Source of the DNA: Luteipulveratus halotolerans
GTDB taxonomy: Bacteria > Actinomycetota > Actinomycetes > Actinomycetales > Dermatophilaceae
NCBI RefSeq assembly: GCF_001247745.1
Contig: NZ_LAIR01000002.1
Coordinates: forward strand, 1,093,784 to 1,157,783
Direction: 5' to 3'
DNA: 64,000 bases
In this document: one piece after another, positions 29,124 through 37,800 of the stretch
Numbering within the stretch: position 1 is the stretch's first letter
How the letters are laid out: every line of letters begins with the position of its first letter
Program-made: the position numbers and the translations under genes
Notes under the pieces: generated by a model
What the model saw: only the letters and a program-made list of their open reading frames with translations
What the model was told of the DNA's origin: nothing
Databases searched by the model: none

Positions 29124-31118
29124 ATGAGCAGCAGTACGTCCGTGTCCACCCCGCGTGAGCTGACCGTCAGAGGCATCGTCCTCGGTGGCGTCATCACCCT
29201 GATCTTCACCGCGGCCAACGTCTACCTGGGCCTCAAGGTCGGTCTGACGTTCGCGACCGCGATCCCCGCCGCCGTCATCTCGATGGCGATCCTGCGGCGC
29301 ATCGGCGGGACGACGATCCAGGAGAACAACATCGTCCAGACGGTCGCCTCGGCGGCCGGCACCCTCGCGGCGATCATCTTCGTGCTGCCCGGTCTGATCA
29401 TGATCGGCTGGTGGCAGGACTTCCCGTACTGGACGACCGTGCTGCTGTGCGCCATCGGCGGGACCCTCGGGGTCATGTACTCCGTGCCGCTGCGGCGGGC
29501 GCTGGTGACCGGCTCCGACCTGCCCTACCCCGAGGGCAAGGCGGCGGCCGAGGTGCTCAAGGTCGGCGTCGGCGACGAGGACAGCGCCGAGCGCAACGCA
29601 CGCGGTCTGCGCATGATCATCAAGGGTGCCCTCGCGGCCGTCGCGTTCAACCTGCTGACCTCGTTGAAGGTCGCCGCCAGTGAGGTCAGCGCGGCGTTCA
29701 AGATCGGCTCGGGCGGTACGGCGGCCTCGGCCTCCCTGTCCCTGGCGCTGATCGGTGTCGGCCACCTTGTGGGCCTGACGGTCGGCATCGCGATGCTCGT
29801 CGGCATGGTCATCTCCTGGGCCGTGCTCGTCCCCGCCTACACCTCGGGCGACCTGACCGCGGGTGGCGCGGTCGCCGACATCGTCGACAAGACGTTCAGC
29901 GAGGAGGTCCGGTTCGTCGGGGCCGGCACGATCGCGGTCGCCGCGATCTGGACGCTCATCAAGATCCTCGGCCCGATCATCAAGGGCATCCGCGAGTCGG
30001 CGGCCTCGACCCGTGAGCGTGCGGCCGGTGAGCAGGTCGAGCTCACCGAGCGCGACCTGCCGATCACCGTCGTCGGCGGCACCATCCTGGTCTCGCTGCT
30101 GCCCATCGGCCTGATGCTGTGGCTGTTCGCGCGCGACACGCACCTGCAGGACAACCTGTTCCTCACCATCGCCGTGAGCCTGGTCTTCGTGCTGCTGATC
30201 GGTGCGGTCATCGCGGCCGTCTGCGGTTACATGGCCGGACTGATCGGTTCGTCCAACAGCCCGATCTCCGGTGTCGGCATCGTCGTCGTGCTCGCGGCGG
30301 CTCTGCTGATGGTCCTGGTGCACGGACGTGAAGGCGACCCGAAGCAGGCGACCGCGCTCGTCGCGTACACGCTGTTCGTCACCGCCGTGGTCTTCAGCAT
30401 CGCCACCATCTCCAACGACAACCTGCAGGACCTCAAGACCGGCCAGCTCGTGGGGGCGACGCCCTGGAAGCAGCAGGCCGCGCTGGTCGTCGGTGTCGTG
30501 TTCGGCTCGATCGTGATCGCGCCGGTGCTCAACCTGCTCAACTCCGCCTTCGGGTTCGTCGGCGCACCGGGCGCCGGTGACGACGCTCTCGCCGCGCCGC
30601 AGGCCTCACTCATCTCCGAGCTCGCCAAGGGCGTCTTCGGTGGCGACCTGCAGTGGGGCCGCATCGGCCTCGGCGCCGCGATCGGCGTGGCCGTCATCGT
30701 CGTCGACGAGGTGCTCGGCCGGACGTCGGGCAAGCGGTTCGCGCTGCCGCCGCTCGCGGTGGGCATGGGCCTCTACCTGCCGATGGCGCTCACCGTGCTC
30801 ATCGCGGTCGGTGCGGTCATCGGCTTCTTCTACGAGCGCTGGGCCGACCGCCGCAAGGACCCCGAGCACGCCAAGCGCCTCGCGGTGCTGATGGCGACCG
30901 GTCTGATCGTCGGCGAGAGCCTGTTCGGGGTCGCGTACGCCGCGATCGTGGCCGGATCGGGCGAGGAGGCACCGCTCGGCATCGTCGGCGAGGGCTTCGA
31001 GAGCTGGGCCAAGGCGATCGGTGTCATCGCGTTCGTGCTGATCGTGGGCTGGCTCTACCGAGCGACCCGCTCGTCGGTGCAGTCCGAGGAGAAGATCGAG
31101 ACCGGCAGCACCGCCTGA
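29124..31118 (+). CDS. OPT-family oligopeptide transporter
   Basis: 664-aa polytopic protein with OPT-family conservation. Confidence 0.8.
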   Translation: MSSSTSVSTPRELTVRGIVLGGVITLIFTAANVYLGLKVGLTFATAIPAAVISMAILRRIGGTTIQENNIVQTVASAAGTLAAIIFVLPGLIMIGWWQDFPYWTTVLLCAIGGTLGVMYSVPLRRALVTGSDLPYPEGKAAAEVLKVGVGDEDSAERNARGLRMIIKGALAAVAFNLLTSLKVAASEVSAAFKIGSGGTAASASLSLALIGVGHLVGLTVGIAMLVGMVISWAVLVPAYTSGDLTAGGAVADIVDKTFSEEVRFVGAGTIAVAAIWTLIKILGPIIKGIRESAASTRERAAGEQVELTERDLPITVVGGTILVSLLPIGLMLWLFARDTHLQDNLFLTIAVSLVFVLLIGAVIAAVCGYMAGLIGSSNSPISGVGIVVVLAAALLMVLVHGREGDPKQATALVAYTLFVTAVVFSIATISNDNLQDLKTGQLVGATPWKQQAALVVGVVFGSIVIAPVLNLLNSAFGFVGAPGAGDDALAAPQASLISELAKGVFGGDLQWGRIGLGAAIGVAVIVVDEVLGRTSGKRFALPPLAVGMGLYLPMALTVLIAVGAVIGFFYERWADRRKDPEHAKRLAVLMATGLIVGESLFGVAYAAIVAGSGEEAPLGIVGEGFESWAKAIGVIAFVLIVGWLYRATRSSVQSEEKIETGSTA

Positions 31119-31134
31119 CCGGGCCGACCGAGAG

Positions 31135-31180
31135 AGCGAGCCTGCACCGCCCCGTCCGGGGGCCGGTGCAGGCTCGCTCG
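31135..31180. terminator. Bidirectional terminator: 16-bp perfect stem gagcgagcctgcaccg / cggtgcaggctcgctc between convergent OPT and RHH genes
   Basis: Read directly. The 14-nt loop is itself self-complementary. Confidence 0.5.
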
Positions 31181-31200
31181 TTGACCCGGGGCTACGGGCG

Positions 31201-31428
31201 TCAGGTGCCGTCGGAGCGCGGTGGGCGTCCACGCCGCGGAGGCGGCGCTGCCGTGCCGGGCAGCCGGCCCGCCCGTCGCAGCGCGTCGCGCAGCACCATG
31301 TCGACCTGGGCGTTGACGCTGCGCAGCTCGTCGCCGGCCCAGCGCGTCAGCGCCTCGTGGACCGCGGGGTCCAGGCGCAGCAGCACCGCCTTGCGCCCGG
31401 ACCCGCTCTGCTCCGCTGCTCGTGTCAC
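31201..31428 (-). CDS. Ribbon-helix-helix (Arc/CopG-like) small protein
   Basis: 75 aa. [38 protein letters not shown] is a classic RHH beta-strand plus two helices. It lies directly downstream of the SPFH gene. Confidence 0.6.
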   Translation of the reverse strand: MTRAAEQSGSGRKAVLLRLDPAVHEALTRWAGDELRSVNAQVDMVLRDALRRAGRLPGTAAPPPRRGRPPRSDGT

Positions 31429-31436
31429 GGCGTCCC

Positions 31437-32564
31437 TCAGGTGTAGAGGCTGCCGGTGTTGACGACCGGTGTCGCCCGCTGGTCACCGCAGAGCACGACG
31501 AGCAGGTTGGACACCATCGCCGCCTTGCGCTCCTCGTCGAGCCGCACGACGTCCTCGTCCTCCAGGCGCGAGATGGCCATCTCGACCATGCTCACCGCGC
31601 CCTCGACGATGCGCTCGCGTGCGGCGATGATCGCGCTGGCCTGCTGGCGCTGCAGCATGGCCTGGGCGATCTCCTGGGCGTACGCGAGGTGGCTGATGCG
31701 TACCTCGAGGATCTCGACGCCGGCGATCACCACACGCTCAGCCACCTCGCGCGCGAGCTCCTGGGAGACCACGTCGGTCGAGCCCCGCAACGACGTGCCG
31801 CTGCCGTCAGGGTCGTCGTACGGGTGGGTCGTCGCGACGTGTCGCAGCGCCGCCTCGGACTGCACGCGGACGAAGTCGGTGTAGTGCTCGACCGCGAACG
31901 TCGCCTTCGCCGTGTCGGCCACCTGCCAGACGATGATCGCGGCGATCTCGACCGGGTTGCCGTCGGCGTCGTTGACCTTCAAGGCGTTGGTCTCGAAGTT
32001 GTTGACCCGCACCGACACGTTGCGCCGGGTGGTGAGCGGCATGACCCACGTCAGACCGGTACGCCGGACCGTGCCGACGTAGCGCCCGAAGAACTGGACG
32101 ACCCGCGTCTGGCCGGGCTGGATGACCACCAGCGGCGTCGCGATGAAGAATGCGAGCACCACCAGCGCGACACCCGCCGCGGGGACGCCGCTGCCGAAGC
32201 ACGCGAGTGCGCCGACGACGAGCGCCAGGGCCACGAGCAGCGCGAGGAACCCGTTCATGGCCCACGCGGGCCGCTCGTCGATGTCGACCCGCATCCCCTG
32301 GTGGCCGACGGGGCGACCGCTCGGCGGCTGCTCGGCCGGCCCCGGAGCCATGTCGGTGAACGGCCCGCCCGGCCCACCGGGCCCGACCGGCCCGGAGCCG
32401 GCGGAGTGAGGGCCTGCGTACGGTCGCGGCGCGCCGGGTGGGTACGGCCCGCCGGGAGGCGCTGCGGGCCCCGTCGGACCAGCGCCCGGCGTCGGGAGCG
32501 GGTGGCGCGGCGGACCGGCGGGCGGCGGCTGGTCGCTCGGGCCGGGGTACTGGGAGTCGGTCAT
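31437..32564 (-). CDS. SPFH/Band-7 domain membrane protein with Pro-rich N-terminus
   Basis: 375 aa with an N-terminal PGP-rich segment, a TM, and an SPFH core (...[27 protein letters not shown]...). Confidence 0.8.
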   Translation of the reverse strand: MTDSQYPGPSDQPPPAGPPRHPLPTPGAGPTGPAAPPGGPYPPGAPRPYAGPHSAGSGPVGPGGPGGPFTDMAPGPAEQPPSGRPVGHQGMRVDIDERPAWAMNGFLALLVALALVVGALACFGSGVPAAGVALVVLAFFIATPLVVIQPGQTRVVQFFGRYVGTVRRTGLTWVMPLTTRRNVSVRVNNFETNALKVNDADGNPVEIAAIIVWQVADTAKATFAVEHYTDFVRVQSEAALRHVATTHPYDDPDGSGTSLRGSTDVVSQELAREVAERVVIAGVEILEVRISHLAYAQEIAQAMLQRQQASAIIAARERIVEGAVSMVEMAISRLEDEDVVRLDEERKAAMVSNLLVVLCGDQRATPVVNTGSLYT

Positions 32565-32584
32565 GTGTCCCCTCAGGACGGTGC

Positions 32585-32597
32585 TATCACAGTGATA
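32585..32597. promoter_or_regulatory. Perfect 13-bp palindrome TATCAC-a-GTGATA in an AT-rich stretch of the SPFH/clgR divergent promoter region
   Basis: gctatcacagtgatatcagtttatatcc, read directly. Confidence 0.35.
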
Positions 32598-32720
32598 TCA
32601 GTTTATATCCGGAACATCCTGTGGTGTCCTCGACGTTGTCGCTCACGTGCCCGCCGCCCCGGTCTGCGTCAGCTCCGCGGGGTACGGTGGTCACACGAGA
32701 TCACACATGAGGAGGGCGTC

Positions 32721-33020
32721 ATGATCTTGCTCCGTCGAGAGCTCGGCGACGTGCTCCGTGAGCAGCGCCAGACCCAGGGGCGCACGCTGCGCGACGTGTC
32801 CGCTTCCGCCAAGGTCTCGCTCGGCTACCTCAGCGAGCTCGAGCGCGGCGAGAAGGAAGCCTCTTCCGAGCTGCTCTCGTCGATCTGCGCCGCGCTCGGT
32901 CTGCAGCTGTCCGAGACGCTGATGCTCGTCACCGAGAAGGTCGCCGTCGCCGAGGCGCTGTCGCAGCCCGTGCGGCTGCCGGTGGTCCCTGCCGACGCCG
33001 TCGTCTCGTCCGCAGCCTGA
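32721..33020 (+). CDS. clgR: ClgR-like XRE-family HTH transcriptional regulator
   Basis: 99 aa. [39 protein letters not shown] is an HTH_XRE segment. An RBS gaggagg sits 6 nt upstream of the ATG. Its position next to pgsA/cinA matches mycobacterial clgR. Confidence 0.8.
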   Translation: MILLRRELGDVLREQRQTQGRTLRDVSASAKVSLGYLSELERGEKEASSELLSSICAALGLQLSETLMLVTEKVAVAEALSQPVRLPVVPADAVVSSAA

Positions 33021-33023
33021 GCC

Positions 33024-33860
33024 TCACCGCACCCCGAGTGGACGCTGCGGGCGTCCGTCGTCGGTCGGTGCGAGGCCGCCCTGGCAGCGTGGGCAGTAGA
33101 ACATCGTCCGGTCCCGCGGCGCCGCGCCGATCATCGCCACACGCACGCCCTGACCGCAGCGTCGACAGCTGCGCCCGCTGCGGCCGTGCACATACATCGG
33201 CTCACGCGGGTCGCCCGTGCTGCTCGGCCGCTCGGAGGCCGCACTCGCGCCGATGAGCCGATAGGCGCGGCGTACGACGCGCCGCAGGTGGTCGTCGTCG
33301 AGGTCGCCGACCGAGGCCCAGGGGTGGGTGCGTTCGAGGAAGAGCGGCTCGCTGGTGAAGATCGTGCCGAGACCGGCCAGGTTGCGCTGGTCGAGCAGAG
33401 CCGCGCCGACCGTGACCGTCGGATCTCGGCGCAGGCGCTGCAGCGCGGTGTCCTCGTCCCAGTCGCTGCCGAGGACGTCGGGACCGAGATGCCCGACCAC
33501 GGTGTGCTCGTCGGCAGTCGCGACGACGTCGAGCATGCCGAGCTGCCAGCCCAACGCTGCTCGGCGAGCGGTCGCGAGCAGGGCGCGCAGGTCGGGCGAC
33601 GACCGTGTCCGTGCGCTGACCCGCTGCACGTCGGAGATCCGCCAGCTGCCGTCCATCCGCAGGTGGCTGTGCAGGGTGAGCCCGCCCTCGACGCGGTGGA
33701 GCAGGTGCTTGCCACGGCTGACGACCTCGGTCGTACGACGGCCGACCAGCCTGCGCCCGTCGCGTCCGCCCCACCGCAGCTCGGCCACGACGAGGACGTC
33801 GTCGACGAGCCCGGCGTGCAGTCGCCGTGCGGTGCGGATGACGACATCGCCCTCGGGCAC
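33024..33860 (-). CDS. nei: Fpg/Nei-family DNA glycosylase (endonuclease VIII-like)
   Basis: Begins MPEGD (catalytic Pro2/Glu3), H2TH region, and a C-terminal zinc finger CRRCGQG...CPRCQ. Confidence 0.85.
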   Translation of the reverse strand: MPEGDVVIRTARRLHAGLVDDVLVVAELRWGGRDGRRLVGRRTTEVVSRGKHLLHRVEGGLTLHSHLRMDGSWRISDVQRVSARTRSSPDLRALLATARRAALGWQLGMLDVVATADEHTVVGHLGPDVLGSDWDEDTALQRLRRDPTVTVGAALLDQRNLAGLGTIFTSEPLFLERTHPWASVGDLDDDHLRRVVRRAYRLIGASAASERPSSTGDPREPMYVHGRSGRSCRRCGQGVRVAMIGAAPRDRTMFYCPRCQGGLAPTDDGRPQRPLGVR

Positions 33861-33863
33861 GAC

Positions 33864-34220
33864 TCAGCTCGTGGCGAAGACGCCGAGCTCGTTGCCGGCG
33901 GGATCGGTGAAGTGGAAGCGGTGCCCGCCGGGGTAGGCGTAGGGGCCCTCCGTGACCGTGCCGCCGGCGTCTCGGACGGCCTGCTCGGACGCTGCCAGGT
34001 CGTCGGAGAAGAGCAGGACGAGCGGACCGCCACGCGTCGCCGGGCACCCGGCGTTGAGGCCGCCCACCTCACCGTCGCCGGAGGACGCGCGGATGCCGGC
34101 GTACTCCGGCCCGTAGTCGTTGAAGGTCCAGCCGAAGGCGGCGGCGTAGAACGCCTTGGCCGCTGCGACGTCGGGAGCACCGAGCTCGATGTAGTCGATC
34201 GTGTGATGTGTCGAGGCCAT
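33864..34220 (-). CDS. VOC (glyoxalase / bleomycin-resistance fold) family protein
   Basis: 118 aa (MASTHHTIDYIELGAPD...) with paired beta-alpha-beta-beta-beta module conservation. It sits 3 nt upstream of nei. Confidence 0.7.
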   Translation of the reverse strand: MASTHHTIDYIELGAPDVAAAKAFYAAAFGWTFNDYGPEYAGIRASSGDGEVGGLNAGCPATRGGPLVLLFSDDLAASEQAVRDAGGTVTEGPYAYPGGHRFHFTDPAGNELGVFATS

Positions 34221-34230
34221 GCGGTGCAGC

Positions 34231-34800
34231 CTAGGGACGTCGACCGACATCGACGGGGTCCTCGAGGACGCCGGCCTCGAGACCACGCTCGAGGACGGCG
34301 GCCACCGTCTGGTCCACACTCAGGTCCGAGCTGTCGAGCCACCAGCCCCAGCCGGTCAGGGTCTGGCGCATCTGGGCGTCCATCCAGGTGAAGTGCTGTG
34401 CCACCTGCTTGTGGCGCCCGGCGTCACGCTCCAGGGTCACCTCGTGGCGGGGCGCGAGCACGATCAGCGAGAGCGGACGGGTGCGCAGCCGGTCCCGGAA
34501 CAGCTCGATGAAGTCGGGCGTCGAGGCGGCGTGCTCGACCACGACCGTGAACCCCTCGGCGGCGAAGTTGTCCGCGAGGTCCGCGCAGTTGCGCCACCGC
34601 AGCTGCAGCTGTCGGCCCTGCTCGTCGACGGGCTCACCACCTGGTGGCACCAGGCCGCTGACCGTGAGCTCGTGCTGGATGAGGTCGCCCTCGATGCACG
34701 CGGAGCGTTCGAAGTGCTGGGCCAGTGCGCGCGCGACGGTGGTCTTGCCGGCTCCGGGCACACCGACGACCAGGACGACGCGAGGTGTTGAGGCGGTCAC
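34231..34800 (-). CDS. P-loop NTPase / small kinase (AAA_33- or CPT-like)
   Basis: GTG start. Walker A VVGVPGAGKTTVARAL, about 189 aa. It begins 5 nt after the lhr stop. Confidence 0.65.
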   Translation of the reverse strand: MTASTPRVVLVVGVPGAGKTTVARALAQHFERSACIEGDLIQHELTVSGLVPPGGEPVDEQGRQLQLRWRNCADLADNFAAEGFTVVVEHAASTPDFIELFRDRLRTRPLSLIVLAPRHEVTLERDAGRHKQVAQHFTWMDAQMRQTLTGWGWWLDSSDLSVDQTVAAVLERGLEAGVLEDPVDVGRRP

Positions 34801-34805
34801 GGGCG

Positions 34806-37800
34806 TCAGGATCGCAGGCGCAGACCCCGGGGCGTGGTGTGGAATCCCGCGTCGGTCAACGCGATCGCGAGCGGATGGGTGGAGCCGAGCAGCTGATCGC
34901 CGTCGGCCTTGGCGACGGTGAGCTGGCCGAGCGCGCCCTCGCGGACGGCCAGCGCCAGCGCGTCGGCGGCAGCGCCCAGGTCGTCGGCGTCGTCGCTCCA
35001 CGAGAGCAGGGTCTTGCCGCCGCGCTCGACGTAGAGGACGAGCGCGCCGTCGACGAGCACGACGAGCGCGCCGGCCTTGCGTCCCGGGCGGTGGCCGGCC
35101 GAGCCCGTACGACCCGAAGACGGGTCGTCGGCCGACCCGTCGGTGACCGGACGCTCCGGCCAAGCGAGCGCGCCGCCGTAGGGGTTGGCCGGGTCGGCGG
35201 CGGCGAGGACCACGGCCCGTGCCGCCTCCCGCGGGTCGGGTGCGGTGTCCCACGGATTGCGAGTGCTGCCAAGGGGTTTGGACTGTGCGCGCAACCGGTC
35301 GACCGCACCTGCCCCGGCGAACTGGGAGGCACCGAGGCCCTCGACGAAGTAGCCCCGACGGACGCGGCCGGACTCCTCGGCGGTGGCGAGCACGCGGTAG
35401 ACCGACGCGAATCCGCCGGCCACGCCTTCGGCGGCCACCGTGCCACGTGTGACCACACCGTGCCGGTCGAGCAGGACCTCCGCCTCGGCGAGCGCACGCA
35501 CGGTCGCGCTCGACTCGACCGCGGGCAGTGCGACCCAGCGCCCGACACCGGTGGGCGGTCCGCTGCGACTCGGCGCGGACGGTCGCCCCGCGCTCAGGCC
35601 GCCGAGCGTGCCGCGCCCGCTGTGCCGCGTGCGGCGCGGACCGCTGCGGCGGGCCCGGTGCGTCGTGCGACCGCCGGACAGCAGTGCGCGCACCGGCACG
35701 ATGGTGTCGGCGGTGACGTGTCCGCTCCAGACGAGGTCCCACAACGCCGTGAGCAGCTGCTCGTCGTCGGAGGAGGAGACGGCGTCGCTCAGGGCGCGGA
35801 AGAAGTACGCACCACCCGGCTCGAGCGCAGCGAGCAGGTCGCGATGGAGGGGCTGCAGCTCGAACGTCGCGTCGGGCGGGGCGAGGGTGAGGTGCGCGGT
35901 GTCGGCGGGGTGCAACGAGACCCAGCCGTCGTCACCGGGCAGGGCCGCGTGCCCCTGCCACACGACCTCACCGGAGGTCATCAGCTCATCGAGCAGGCCG
36001 GGGGAGTAGTCGACCACCCGGGCGGGCAGCACGAGGGTCTCGAGCGCACTGGCCGGCACCTGGGCTCCTGCCAGCTGTTCGACGGCTCGCAGGAGGCCAT
36101 CCGCGCCGCGCTGCCCGGACCCGACGCCCTGCCACGCGGGCAGGAACCGGGCCAGGTCGACCGCGGGGACCGGCTCGACCTCAGCGCGCAGGGCAGCGAG
36201 CGACCGGCGCTTGAGGACGCGGAGCACCTCGGCGTCACAGAAGTCGGTGCTGTGGGGCGCACCGCCGATGTCGACCGGGCGCAGCTCACCCTCGACCACG
36301 CGGCCGGCCGAGACAAGACGGCGCAGGCAGTCCTGGACGACCGCGCGCCCGAGTCCGAACCGCTCGGCGGCCTCGGGAACCGTGAACGGCCCTCGCGTAC
36401 GGGCGAATCGGGCGATCAGGTCACCGAGCGGATCAGCGACGGGCTCGAGGAACGCGGCTGGTACGCCGACCGGCAGGGCGGCGCCGAGGGCGTCGCGCAG
36501 CCGCGAGGCGTCCTCGACGGCGGCGACGCAGTCGCGCTGGGCGAGGCGCACCCGGATCAGGCGTCGCGCGTCGACCAGGGCATCGACCCATGCATCGACG
36601 TGATCGCGGCCGTCGTCGGTCGCGCGTTGGCGGATCTCCTCGAGGGTGAGCGGCCCGAGCCAGCGCACCAGATCGGCGACGTCCTCGGCGTCGCGGCTGC
36701 GGCGTTCGTCGACCAGGCGCTGCAGCTCGGCCTCGGTGCGCCGGACGACGTCGCTGTCGAGCAGGTCGCGCAGGGCGGCGCCCTCGCCGTGGCCCAGCAG
36801 CTCGCCGAGCAGCGACGGGTCGAGGGCGAGCGCAGCAGCACGGCGCTCGGCCAGGGGCGAGTCGCCTTCGTAGAGGAACTGGGCGACATAGCCGAACAGC
36901 AGGCTCTTGGCGAACGGCGACGGCGTGGTGGTCTCGACCTCGACCAGGCGCACGCGCCGTGCGGCCAGGTCGCGCATCAGGTCGACGAGGCCGGGGACGT
37001 CGTAGACGTCCTGGACGCACTCGCGGACCGCCTCGAGCACGATCGGGAACGACGGGTAGCGGCTGGCGACCTCGAGCAGCTGGGCCGACCGCTGGCGCTG
37101 CTGCCACAGGGCCTGCCGACGGCCGGGGTTGCGTCGCGGCAGCAGCAGCGCACGAGCGGCGCACTCTCTGAATCGTGCTGCGAACAAAGCGGATCCGCCG
37201 ATCTCAGCGGTGACGATGTCGGTGACGTCGTCGGGGTCGAGCGTGATGGTGGCCATCAGCTCACGGCTGAGATCGCCACCCTGCTCGACCTCGAGGTCGA
37301 GCAGGCGGAACACGATGCCGTCGTCACCGTGCATCGCCTGCACGTCGACGCCGAACTTCTCACGCAGCCGGGCTGCCACGCACAGGGCCCACGGCGCATG
37401 CAGCTGTGCCCCGAACGGTGAGTGGACGACGACGCGCCAGTCGCCCAGCTCGTCCCTGAACCGCTCGACCACGATCGACCGGTCGTGCGGGACGTGGCCG
37501 GTGGCCTCCTGCTGCTCGCGCAGATAGTCGAGCAGGTTGTCGCCGGCCCAGGTGTCGAGCCCGGCGACACCGACACGGGTGCGCGCGGCCTCGTCGTCGA
37601 GGGCCATCACCTCGCGGACGAACCCGCCGACGGCCTTGCCGAGCTCGGCCGGTCGGCCGATCGAGTCGCCCTTCCAGAACGGCAGGCGACCGGGCTGACC
37701 CGGTGCAGGTGAGACGAGCACCTGGTCGTGGGTGATGTCCTCGATGCGCCAGCTCGTCGTGCCGAGCGTGAACACATCACCCACGCGCGACTCGTAGACC

